Virus record (IMG/VR): IMGVR_UViG_3300045988_096839
DNA length: 64,000 bases
Reading direction: 5' to 3' (one strand)
Origin: a virus
Shown here: positions 38,407 through 49,221 of the stretch, piece after piece
Position numbering within the stretch: position 1 is the first letter of the stretch
How the letters are laid out: each line of letters opens with the position of its first letter
Notes under the pieces: generated by a model
Database searches by the model: none
What the model was told of the DNA's origin: nothing
Seen by the model: only the letters and a program-made list of their open reading frames with translations
Position numbers and translations under genes: made by a program

Positions 38407-39062
38407 ACTGTTTCAACATATGTTCCAACTAGTGCACTTAAATCATGCGATAAAGGAATACCACTGTTTCTTGTACATTTATACATTACTTTATTCTGTG
38501 TGTAATACTTACCTTCAAATATCTCCATAGGTGGAGTGTAAGGAATTGGGTCTTCTTGTGTTCCAGCATGTTCTTCATCAACTACTTTCCAAAGACTTGC
38601 TGTTTCAAGACTTGGTTTCCATAACTCTTGAGTAGTATGATTTTGAACTACTTCCCATAACAGATTATCGTATTGGTATCTTTCTCCTTGTTTTACTTCT
38701 ATTGAATCAGCTGACCATTCTGGATAGAATTCTTTAACTTCCAATGCTTCATTATTACTTAAAGCCATTGTATTAATATTAGCTTTAGCTTCAGCAGTAA
38801 GAATCTCTATAGCTTTAATTTTAGCATAATCTTCATTAGGTTGTACATAATTTTCTCCATGAGTCCATTCTTCACTATTCATTAATTCCGTAAATTCAGG
38901 ACTATCAAATTCATATTTTGTAAGAACATTAAATTCATCAATATTCTTTACGTATTCTTCATGTAGAACAACTTGTGTTCCATCTACTGATTGTCTCATT
39001 GTTGGAATAATTTCGATTCCATGCGTTTTAGCTTGATTAATTGTGCAAATTACAAATTTCAT
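38403..39062 (-). CDS. protein with CBM5/12-like carbohydrate-binding motif, 219 aa, no TAG
   Basis: Complete ORF. EWSADSIEVKQGERYQYDNLLWEVVQNHTTQELWKPSLETASLWKVV resembles the W..Y..G..V.Y.G..W...Q.H......W.P.....LW pattern of chitin/carbohydrate-binding modules. Confidence 0.5.
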   Translation of the reverse strand: MKFVICTINQAKTHGIEIIPTMRQSVDGTQVVLHEEYVKNIDEFNVLTKYEFDSPEFTELMNSEEWTHGENYVQPNEDYAKIKAIEILTAEAKANINTMALSNNEALEVKEFYPEWSADSIEVKQGERYQYDNLLWEVVQNHTTQELWKPSLETASLWKVVDEEHAGTQEDPIPYTPPMEIFEGKYYTQNKVMYKCTRNSGIPLSHDLSALVGTYVETV

Positions 39063-39083
39063 ATTTCTTTTAATTTAATTGGT

Positions 39084-41036
39084 TTAACTTACTTCTATTT
39101 CATCTACTCCGTCAAGGAGATTGTATTTCTTAATTACTGTTTGTATCTGTTCTTCTGTTAGAGCTTCTTTGAAGCCGAGGAATTTATAAAGAGCCATAAT
39201 AGAATATTGATTTTGTCCTAAACTTCTGCCTATATTTGGCTTTCTAGATTCGGATATATCATTTGTTACTACATGAATTAAATGTTTTTTATTAATTAAT
39301 TCAGAACATTTTAGTTTTGTATTTAATATACCATTTATATAAGTCCCATTAATATTTGAAGCACTATATGCTATACTGGTATTATTATAAATAGCAAAAT
39401 TTTTATTAAATGTTGCACTTCTTTGGTCATATAAAATATTATTTCCCTTTGTAAAATTAGCACAAAGCATAAACATAGTCTTAAACCCACTATTAAAAGC
39501 ATCAAGACTTATATAATCATCTACACCATCAAATACTAATGCGCCTGGATATTCAGGAATGAATTCAATAGTAATATCACATTCTCCAATATCTCCTAAA
39601 ATACCAATAGAATAGTTATATCCCTCTGGGAAAAGACTACTATCTATTTTATGTGTTCCATTAGATAATGATAAAGTAGCAACATTTGGTGGTCCAATTC
39701 TTACAAGATTATTTCCGGTAATACCAGAAATTTTTATATTAAAATTATTTATTATATAAATATTAATTAGATTTTTATTTACTTCATCAATAATCTTAGT
39801 TATATGTGCCTTATCGTTTGTAAAACTACCTTCATATCTATCAACTCCTGAATTAGAACTAAAATAACAATTATATCCACCATATCCACTCATGCCGCGC
39901 CAAGCAAAGTTATGAGCAACAGCATCATTACCATTACCGCTATAATCTTTTATAGTATTCCTATTTACATCATCATTACTACCTTTACTGAAATCATAAT
40001 AACAATCTGGAGTAGGAATCTCAGACGGAAGAAGATATTCAGGGTCAATATATTTACGGATAAATGCTTTTATCTCTTGTTCGTCTAAGCTTCTGTTGAA
40101 GAGATAAGCGGAGTAAAAAGCACCTTTTAGGTAGCGAGGATCTGTACTATTAAGTGCACCAATAGTTATTCGATTAGTATTATCTGATTTATCTCCTACA
40201 ATTAAATTTTGTTGATTATATGAATTTTTGTTTTGCCAAGTTATAGTATTGTTTAGTAAAAGATTTTTATTTTGTCCTTGACCATAATTATAAGTGTTAG
40301 AAGTAAATCCATATCCTTCTAAAATAAATGCGCCATTTGTATTTACCCCTTTTGTAAACAAACATCCACCACTACAATCTTTTCTTTTTACTATAATTGT
40401 ATAATCTTCAAGTAATGGAATATTTGTACAAAATCCATAATCATTAACTCCGTCAAATACAAGAGCATCGGGGTAATTAGGAACAACTTCTATAGTAATA
40501 TTACATTCTCCTATAAATCCACACATTATACATGATGCATAAGAATTATTTTTAGTCCAATCTACTTCGTACTCTCCATCAGTTGTTATTGTTAATATAG
40601 AAATAGAACCAGTATCACTTCCTAATATAACAGATTGACCATCTGTTAAACCTTGTACTTTATACTTTTGCTTTTTATTTTTCATAGTAGATTGATTACT
40701 ATTTGATGTATAAAGTATAGCTTTATTAATTATATGACAAGATAATATATTTATTTTATATGGACTTATAATATTGAATGTACCTGAATCACCTTTATTC
40801 CATACCGATAATTTAGTAGTATATTCTCCATATCCACTACCTGATTCATTAAAAGCAAATCCATTCAAAGTAATATCATGTCCGTTACCAGTCAAATCTT
40901 TAAGAGTTGCTCTATCTTTATCATCATTAGTCTTACCTTTGGCTGACCATGCGGCAATAAGCCCTGGGTAATTTATATTTCCGTCACTCCTTTTTAGAGC
41001 ATTGGCTATCATAAGCCTTCGTCTGTACATACTCAT
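39084..41036 (-). CDS. tandem LamG (Laminin_G_3/concanavalin-like) receptor-binding-type protein, 650 aa, no TAG
   Basis: Complete ORF with two copies of the LamG_3 signature. Copy 1: LKDLTGNGHDITLNGFAF ... YPDALVFDGVNDYGF. Copy 2: IKDYSGNGNDAVAHNFAW ... YPGALVFDGVDDYISL. Confidence 0.7.
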   Translation of the reverse strand: MSMYRRRLMIANALKRSDGNINYPGLIAAWSAKGKTNDDKDRATLKDLTGNGHDITLNGFAFNESGSGYGEYTTKLSVWNKGDSGTFNIISPYKINILSCHIINKAILYTSNSNQSTMKNKKQKYKVQGLTDGQSVILGSDTGSISILTITTDGEYEVDWTKNNSYASCIMCGFIGECNITIEVVPNYPDALVFDGVNDYGFCTNIPLLEDYTIIVKRKDCSGGCLFTKGVNTNGAFILEGYGFTSNTYNYGQGQNKNLLLNNTITWQNKNSYNQQNLIVGDKSDNTNRITIGALNSTDPRYLKGAFYSAYLFNRSLDEQEIKAFIRKYIDPEYLLPSEIPTPDCYYDFSKGSNDDVNRNTIKDYSGNGNDAVAHNFAWRGMSGYGGYNCYFSSNSGVDRYEGSFTNDKAHITKIIDEVNKNLINIYIINNFNIKISGITGNNLVRIGPPNVATLSLSNGTHKIDSSLFPEGYNYSIGILGDIGECDITIEFIPEYPGALVFDGVDDYISLDAFNSGFKTMFMLCANFTKGNNILYDQRSATFNKNFAIYNNTSIAYSASNINGTYINGILNTKLKCSELINKKHLIHVVTNDISESRKPNIGRSLGQNQYSIMALYKFLGFKEALTEEQIQTVIKKYNLLDGVDEIEVS

Positions 41037-41037
41037 A

Positions 41038-41487
41038 TCAAGCCCCTCCCAATACAGCTATATTGTTTATGATAGATACCTGATAAGTCTTGCTTGCTTC
41101 AATGGTGTTGCTACCTATCCACTTTACGCTTTCAGGTAATGTCAAAGTAGTAGGAGTTGTTCCAGAAGTAAACTCAAACATATATTCAGACAATTTATTT
41201 TCTTCTCCTGCTGCTAAAGTCAAAGTGAGTGTTTCCATCTCACCAAAGATGTAATATTTATTTGGTTGTAATTCTTTTGTATTCTCTGATACATTTTCTA
41301 CAGATACTTTATTAGCTTTTGAAGATAATTCTGTTTTAGTTGCTAACTATCCTACATCGGGAATATTATTTGCATTTGTGTTAACCCCATCGACTAGTTC
41401 ATCTATCTTCTGACTTATCTGATTCATTTCAGTAGCTTGTAATACTTGTTCTGAAATGAAAGTTTTATTTAATTTATTTATTGCCAT
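41038..41487 (-). CDS. tail-fibre-associated protein, 149 aa, 1 in-frame TAG
   Basis: Track ORF 41038..41238 extends upstream through TAG 41347 to ATG 41485-41487; every codon walked. TGA stop at 41038-41040. Confidence 0.55.
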
Positions 41488-41488
41488 A

Positions 41489-41866
41489 TTATCTTATTTT
41501 ATCAATGTTTAGTTTACCTATATCTAATTTTAAATACTATTCGATTGGAGAAGTTTCAAATAATATTGTAACTTTATCTCCTAACTGATTTAATTCAAAT
41601 GTATCGGGATTAATATTATTGTCTGAATTTAGATAAAATTCTCCTAATACACAGTTACCATCTATAGAATACAAATCAAGATGTAATATATAATCATTAC
41701 TAGTTTTTAATAATTTACCTTCTATTCTACCAGATGTATTAATTACAAAACTATATGAATCTTCAGTAAAATCAAATGGTGTAGCCATTTGTATATATGA
41801 TAATTCAGGTATAGTTAAGTATGCCTATGGATTTATGAATAAAGGTCTCGTAAATATTGATTTCAT
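41489..41866 (-). CDS. hypothetical tail-module protein, 125 aa, 2 in-frame TAG
   Basis: Track ORF 41537..41788 extended in both directions through TAG 41537 and TAG 41825. Starts at ATG 41864-41866 and stops at TAA 41489-41491, 1 nt before the next ATG. Confidence 0.5.
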
Positions 41867-41881
41867 AATATTTCTTTATTT

Positions 41882-42430
41882 TTAATTTTTCAAAATATAT
41901 CCAGTACAATTAATTTGCCCTACGGTACTACCAAAATTACAATTAACACCATACCCAAAACTAGTTTGATCCCTATTAGTAATTGTAGCTCTCATATTTG
42001 TGGTATTATATGAAACACTACAATTGCTTGTTCCGATTACATTCCGCACTGAGAAATTTAGAGTTTGTTCTTTATAATTAATATAATGTATAGACATATA
42101 ATAATTTATATATAATTCGATAACAACATTCCAATTATTATCAGTTACCTCAACCAAATATTCATCATTTCCAGCATCTGTTACAATAGCATTACTTGCA
42201 TGAAATACAGGTTTATAAGTATATGACTAAAAAATTAATTTAAAACTACCAATTACATTTTTTATATAATTCCCTTCTGGTACAAGACGGTTGCTAGCAT
42301 AATTTTCTACACCATTAATTCCTGTACAACCTAGTGCTTCCATTCGTTGTTTAGTACAACATTTATTTGCAACCGGAGTATCTTTTTTACCTACGTCATA
42401 AACATCTTGTTCTGTAGCAATTTTACTCAT
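41882..42430 (-). CDS. hypothetical tail-module protein, 182 aa, 1 in-frame TAG
   Basis: ORFs 42227..42430 and 41882..42157 are in the same frame and joined by TAG 42227; the gap was walked. Starts at ATG 42428-42430, TAA stop. Confidence 0.55.
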
Positions 42431-45400
42431 TTTTCAAGTCCTCCAATTGTTTTTCAAGTTGTTTAATTCTGTTTTCTAACTAAGCACATTTGAGAATTAA
42501 TACTGAATCATATTTCACAGTTTTATACCCTGTTACTTCGTTAGTTTCAACTAATTCTGGATAATTCTATTCTATTTGCTGAGCTATAACACCATACGAT
42601 TTTTTACCAGTATTTTTCCAATTAAATTGTACTAAGTCTATTTGTTTATCAGTAGTAATATCACATACGTTTTCTTTAAGACGTATATCAGATGACTCAT
42701 AAAAACCACCGGACGCAGTAAAACTATTATTTAGCGTCATTTGTCCGTTTATAGAAAAATCAAGCTGACCAGAACTTGTTTTAAGATGTAAACCATAATA
42801 TCCAGATAACCAAACATTTCCACCATTTTCTTCTCCTGCTTGTAGTTTGATACCATACCAAGGTACATCCTCATCGTGAATATCAGTTAATGTGCCCATT
42901 TTGCACGTACCTTCTGCATCAATTCCTTTACAATTTATTTTTCCGCTGAAAGAAGAATTTCCACTATTGTCAACAGTAAACGCATTACTTCTTGAAGTAT
43001 GACTAGTACCATTACCAACCACAAATAAGTTATTAGTATCCGATGAATAATCATTAAATGAACCTACTACAAATTCCTAATCATTTTTAGCAACGTTACC
43101 TCGTCCATTAGACATGCTCTATAAACCTAATGCAAGATTATTTTTACCAGTTACCATAGATTGTTTTGCAAAAGCAACATGTATTGAATCTTCTTGCTAA
43201 TTATAAGTAGATTCGTATAATTGTAATAATGATGTTGCGTTTTGGCTGCCTATAGTTAAAATTATTCCACCACCACCAAATGCTACTGTAGCATTACCAT
43301 AAGCTGTACAATTGTAACCTACTGTAATAGATTGACTATCACATATAGTATTATATAAACCAACACAAATTGAATTATTACTATACGCGTGATTTGCATT
43401 ATTGTAACTGCCAACTACTAGAAAACTTCTACCAGAAACATTATTGGATTCGCCAATAATTAAATAAGTAGTGTCTCCAGATGCACCGTCATTAGTAATT
43501 TTATTATTGCCTCTATCAGTAATGATTAATCCTTTAGACGTATTAGTTATCTAATTTGTGGTAGAATTACCAATAGTGATATTATTCCATGATATTAACT
43601 TATCAGAAACTGTAATACCATATGTCTTAATATAACTAGTAGTTGTTACTCCATCATTGCCTACTGATAAAGCGTTTGCTCTTCCTTTATACCAATCAAT
43701 ACCATAGCCTATTTGAAATAAATCATCTTCGTTATACAAATTGTATTTTCCAAATACAGTCTATCCGTTACCAGCTATTAGGTTTTCTCCATGAACAAAT
43801 GAATTATTACCTATAGCCTAACATCCGTTACCTCCTACATGAGAATTAGTACCGTAAGCACAATTATTTGTACCTTCGTGATGAGACTAATCACCAATAG
43901 CTGTTCCAAGCTTTGTTACAGGTTCTATTGTTATTTCTGTTGGCGCACTATAATCACCAGATAACTCTATATTATCTACAATATTTGGAGAAGTAGAAAA
44001 TGATTTATTATTATAATTTATTTCCTTTACTTTATATATAGTATTACCGTGTTTAAATAATTCTCCAGCTGATAATATAAATTGAAATTCTGAAGAGTCA
44101 TTTACATATCCAACATACTAACTACTAGAACGATATACTTTTAACTTGCGAGTCTTTGAAAAAAATGGAGCTTCTACTTTTAAATCAACTTGACCTTCTG
44201 CGTGTGAACATTCGCCTATCGCTTGTGTTAAATAACCTTCTACATGGGATCTTGATCCACTTGCTCTCGTACTATCACCTTCTGCGTGAGATTTATTACC
44301 TAATGCAGAAGTATTATAATTCTCAGCATGTGAATAGATTCCTGTAGCATAATTGTTATCATAATCATTAAATATTTCTCCTGTTCCGTTAGAATTTGGG
44401 TCTACTTCACCAACATTACTACTACCAGATATGGTTAAATCTCCTTCACCTAAAATCGACTAACCATTTATGGTCTTAATATTAGTACCACTTACGAGTG
44501 TATTTTGTTTATTATCTAAAGCAATTTGTACCGCATTAGATATTGGTTTATTAATATCTGATGTATTATCAACATTTTCTAAACCTATCTAAGCTTTAGT
44601 TACATTATGTGGATTTAAAGTATTTCCAATATGAGAATCAGTTTTATTTTCCAAAGCTTTACCTCTAGCACCATCAAAGGCAGTACCTGTTATTTCTCCG
44701 ATAACTGTAGGAGCTCCTACAACAACAAATTGCGTTCCAGTCCATCTAAATTGATACGCACTGTCACTACCAGTAATATCAACATAAATCTTTCCAGATT
44801 CTCCTGTTATTGCATTTTGATGTCCCGCATCAGAATATAATTTAATATTAGATAAAGTACCATCTTCTTCTTTAGAATACGTAGCATAACAATCTATTAC
44901 ATCATCTACATACGATGGTAATTGATTAGAAGGTATTAATCCTTGTTCATTCAGCGTGGCTATACCGTTTGCAGTACCTATTTCTGAACGTTTTACTTGA
45001 GCGTCATTTGTTACATTAGAAAGACCTACTTGTTGTTTTGTAACATTATGAGGATTGTTTTTATTATTTATATGCGATGTTAAATTACTTTCTATTTCAG
45101 TTATATTCTAACTTATCTTATTTTTTAAATCAGATAGAATAGATTGTAATGTATCAGTATCCTCATAACCAGTTAAGAAATTTAAAATTTCATTATATTT
45201 GTCAATAAATTCTGAAGCACTTTCACCAAGTAATGTCTCTAGACTAGCATTAATATTTTCTATCTATTCGTTTATTGTATTTAAACTAGAATTTGTTTCA
45301 TTCTTGTATTCTTCAAAATCTTCTTTATGTTGTAATAAATTATTTTCACATTCTTGTATTTCTATAAGTAGTTCATCTAACTTATGCTTAAAACTAATGA

Positions 45401-45560
45401 TTTCGTCATAAGTACGCTAATCGATTCTTTCCCATTCAACGCCATTATAGCATTTTATTACACAACCGTATCTGTCTTCACTTAAATCAATCCAATATTC
45501 TATTTCTTCTGGTTTTGGAGCGATTGTTGAAGCTAAAAATCTAATTCTACCTATTACCAT
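42423..45560 (-). CDS. long tail fibre with C-terminal S74-type intramolecular chaperone domain, 1,045 aa, 15 in-frame TAG
   Basis: Frame mod 3 = 0 walked in full over 42423-42566 and 43023-45560: TAG only. Starts at ATG 45558-45560 and stops at TAA 42423-42425. Fibre motifs: NPHNVTKQQVGLSNVTN and NPHNVTKA-q-IGLENVDN, repeated SHAEG/SHVEG/SHHEG units, and ESSDIRLKENV...SYGVIAQQIE (about 42423-42695), typical of the endosialidase-chaperone (Peptidase_S74) domain. Confidence 0.8.
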
Positions 45561-45564
45561 ATTA

Positions 45565-46023
45565 TTAACCGTTAAATTCTACTAATTTTGTTTTATTATC
45601 CGTAGTATAAGCATCAACGTGAACCCAAGTTACATCTCGTTCCAATCTTATCGGATATTCAAATTTATCAATATTAGAACGTATAAGATTTCTCACTTCT
45701 TCTGCAGACACATCATTAACGGTAAAGTCAATAGCTTTTCCTAGTCCGTGAGCGGTCATGTATATCCTATTAGAATTAGTTTTATCTTTACATAACTAAC
45801 ATATATTACATCTCAATCCTCTTTGTGTTAGATTATTATCATAAGAATTAATAATCATTGGTTTCTTAATTATTTGAGTACGTAATGTATAAATAATGCT
45901 CAGTAGTTCAGTTGAAATGAACTACCAAGCATTATCTCCAAAAGTATTAACACAATGAGGACAAACTAATTCTTTCAACTAAAAATACTTTTTAACTTCT
46001 TTAATTAATTCGTCTCTTTCCAT
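45565..46023 (-). CDS. peptidase M15-type endolysin (L-alanyl-D-glutamate or D-Ala-D-Ala peptidase fold), 152 aa, 3 in-frame TAG
   Basis: Track ORF 45565..45759 extended through 3 TAGs to ATG 46021-46023. Has the Zn-ligand pattern SxHxxGxAxD (TAHGLGKAIDF) plus WVHVD. Confidence 0.75.
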
Positions 46024-46027
46024 AATA

Positions 46028-46312
46028 TTATTCTTTTATTTCTTCTGCTGTTGGTTTATTTTCATTAACAGTATCTTCAAATGCCTTTTGAACAAATGCT
46101 TTAAAACCTTTTTTAAGAATATCTTTTATTCTTTCAATCTGTTCATCTGTTAATTCAACTTCACCGTTTTTATAAATATCTTGAGCTAAAATTAAATCTT
46201 CAAGATTTTGTGTTTCGCTATAAATAAAATTAGCTACTTGCTTAGAACAATCTAAAGGTAATTTATTACCTTCAAGATCTGTCATCATTAACTGTTTAAA
46301 ATTTATTTTCAT
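46028..46312 (-). CDS. hypothetical protein, 94 aa, no TAG
   Basis: Complete ATG..TAA ORF. The stop is 4 nt before the endolysin ATG. Confidence 0.55.
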   Translation of the reverse strand: MKINFKQLMMTDLEGNKLPLDCSKQVANFIYSETQNLEDLILAQDIYKNGEVELTDEQIERIKDILKKGFKAFVQKAFEDTVNENKPTAEEIKE

Positions 46313-46325
46313 CGTTTCTTAATTT

Positions 46326-48446
46326 TTAACCAAAGTAATTAAAATACCATATTCCTTTTTTACCAGAACCTTGCGTTAATACTTCACTATAAACAAAAAA
46401 TCCAGCCTCTCTACCACCAAATTGTACCTATGTAGCAAAATCACCGTCGCTAACTCCTTCATTAATACATATTGTAGTATTTCCTTTTGCTCTGACATAT
46501 ATCACACCGTGATAATTACCTTTTCTCACAATATACATTTGTCCTTCTTGAGGATTAGTTGGAAGATTTACACCAGTTATTGAATTACTTGTTACGTATA
46601 CAAAAGTATCAGCATCGGTCATATTATAATATCCTTCACTATCTTTTTCACCACTTTGTAAATTATATGTTGTCTTTACGTTAAATCGTAATCCTCGTAT
46701 AAAACCAGATTCTATGTTTATAGCTATATTACCACTATAAGCAACATCGCTATATTTACGTCCTCCATTACAAGATATAAACAATCCAACGTTTTCATCC
46801 CAAATAGCTGAAGAGTTAGATATATTTCTATATATACCTATAGGCATAGACATTCCTAAACTACCTGGTAATACTCCTGAGCCGTCTGCTCCAAAACTAG
46901 CACGTATATCTCTATTACCTATATTTGATCTAAAATATAAACTGGATGATGATAATCGCATATAATTACCAGATCCATTTGAACCAGAACTTAAACTACC
47001 AGATATATTAAACGCTCCTATATTACCAGAATTAATTGTTACATTAGAAAATGTACCAGATGTTGCATTAACAACTCCTGTTATATTTGCATTCTTTGCA
47101 GTCATTGTTCCATCTGAAGTTACTGTAAAATTGTTACCCACCTATATCTGATTTGTCCATATACCAATATCAGCTATAACTTTATCTACGTCAATCAGAT
47201 TAGTTTTTATTTTACCACCTTCTATCAAAGTAACATCACCATCATCTGATTCTACTATAAGTTTAGCTTTTACTGTTAATAATCCTTTGCCGCCATCTTC
47301 AGTAGGATCATATTTTACATACGATGTTGATTTATCTTTAGTACCTACATACATTCTACCATACACATTCATATATGCTTGTTGCTATGATTGAGTAGTA
47401 TCGTAAGCCATTTCTATAATTGCTTTTCCGTCGGTACTATAATTATTTATTCCTTGATACATTTGTATTGCAGGAGCATTATCAGCGTAAGTAGTTAAAG
47501 ATATAATATTCTATCTTTTTATATCATTCTTATTACCATACTATATTAATGTATCTCCCTCTACAGGTTGTGTATTTGTACTAGGATCTACATCAGTTTT
47601 TGATAAATCTATATAATCTTCTCCAACGCCTAATACTTTACCCCAATAATATCTATTTTTAGCCCCTTCGTTTACTCCTTCAGCAACATTGAATTGTTGT
47701 ATTTTAGCTAAGTCTCCAGCTTGAAAATCAGTTTTAATCTATTCTGTATTACCACCATCTTTTTCATCTTTATTTTTAAAATAACAACGATATACAGATT
47801 GATATTCATCTTCATATAACTGTGTAGTCTCTTCTACACGAATTATGTTATTACTTGCTGGGGAGATAACTAAATTTCCACCAATAGATGTAATTTTTTT
47901 GATTTCTAGAGTATTAAACATGGCTGCACCTCTAACAGCCAAATCATCCACTTCTATGTAAGATTTACCGCTAGATTTTATTTTACATATAAAACCGCTA
48001 CCTAAATCAGTACCTTCAGATGCATTTCTAGATTGAATATTATCGATGTATATAGTTTTCCCTTCATTGAATGTCAAACTTCCTTCAACAACATCATCAT
48101 TTTTGGATGATACCCAATCTTCAATTGTTCTAGCTGCAGAATATACATTTTCATTAGTAGGACTAGTATCGTCGCCTATACCTATCACATATACATTAGA
48201 TTCACCGCCTTCACCTGGCTAAAGTCCAATTTCATCATATTGGGCATTTTTCCATTTACCTGTTTTATCATAAACTAGTACGTCGTTTTCGGCAGGATAC
48301 TATACACTAACATCCAATAAACGTGTAAGATATTTTGTGTTTTCAACTTTTGTATCTACACGAGCAATAGAGTCGGCAAGAGTATCCGTTTTTTCAGTAA
48401 GTTGCTAAACGGTATTTACTAAATCATTATATTCATCTTGTGTCAT
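46326..48446 (-). CDS. tail fibre or spike protein, 706 aa, 9 in-frame TAG
   Basis: ORFs 46428..47141, 47142..47372 and 47739..48188 are in one frame; 46326-46427, 47373-47738 and 48189-48446 were walked, TAG only. The ATG at 48444-48446 overlaps the upstream TGA (ATGA). Stop is TAA 46326-46328. Confidence 0.7.
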
Positions 48447-48676
48447 TTGTTTATATTTTTTATAAGTTTTTGAACTATATGCTGTTGTTCTTTAGTAAGT
48501 GATGCGTATTCCATAAACCACTGACAAAATGATGTACAGACATAATTTAAAATCTCTTCTGAATTATAATCAATATTGTATTTTACAATTTTATTTAATT
48601 TCTTACCATAATTGTATAATTGCTCATCTTTTGTTGTATACACATGTCCCATTTTTGCAAGTATTACATTCAACAT
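48443..48676 (-). CDS. hypothetical protein, 77 aa (or the C-terminal part of a frameshifted product)
   Basis: Complete ATG..TGA ORF. Its first 53 nt overlap the end of the upstream ORF in another frame. Confidence 0.45.
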   Translation of the reverse strand: MLNVILAKMGHVYTTKDEQLYNYGKKLNKIVKYNIDYNSEEILNYVCTSFCQWFMEYASLTKEQQHIVQKLIKNINK

Positions 48677-49148
48677 TTTGATTGTTTATATAACACGGAC
48701 CATCCAATAATCTCATCAGATCTACATAACTACTTACTATTTCTTCTATACTGTTATTAAATGATAAAGCATTATAGAATAAACTTAATCTAAATGAGCA
48801 CATTAAGATTCGTTCTTTTTGAAGTTTATCCAAACAAGTATTACAATAAAATTTTAATAATTTATAAATATCTTCATCTAATTTTTTAGAGTTATATGCG
48901 AAACGATGATTATTATTTTCAGTAAAAATTATAGCACTTACATCTAAATCAGATATATCTATACTATATCCGTATTCTTCCTTCTAAAAGTCTTCGAACG
49001 TTATTACTTTAGTATGATTGGATGCTTCTTCAGAATGTACATTATCGATATTGCATACTTTGTCTAAGAACATTGTCTATGTAATTTCTTCACTAGACGT
49101 AATTATAACCAACTTTTGATTTTCTATATAAATATATTTAATTTCCAT
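48624..49148 (-). CDS. hypothetical Cys-containing protein, 174 aa, 2 in-frame TAG
   Basis: Track ORF 48624..48833 extended through TAG 48984 and TAG 49077 to ATG 49146-49148; walked. TGA stop. Confidence 0.55.
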
Positions 49149-49160
49149 AATTAATAAATT

Positions 49161-49197
49161 AAAAAAGGCGAAGCCGAGGATTACCCTCAACCTCGCC
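49161..49197 (-). terminator. strong rho-independent terminator (minus strand)
   Basis: On the minus strand: GGCGAGGTTGAGGGTAATCCTCGGCTTCGCC, a GC-rich two-tier stem, followed by TTTTTT (plus-strand A-run 49161-49166). It lies 25 nt after the TAA at 49222. Confidence 0.75.
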
Positions 49198-49221
49198 AGA
49201 GTTATAAAGAAACTTTGAAAA

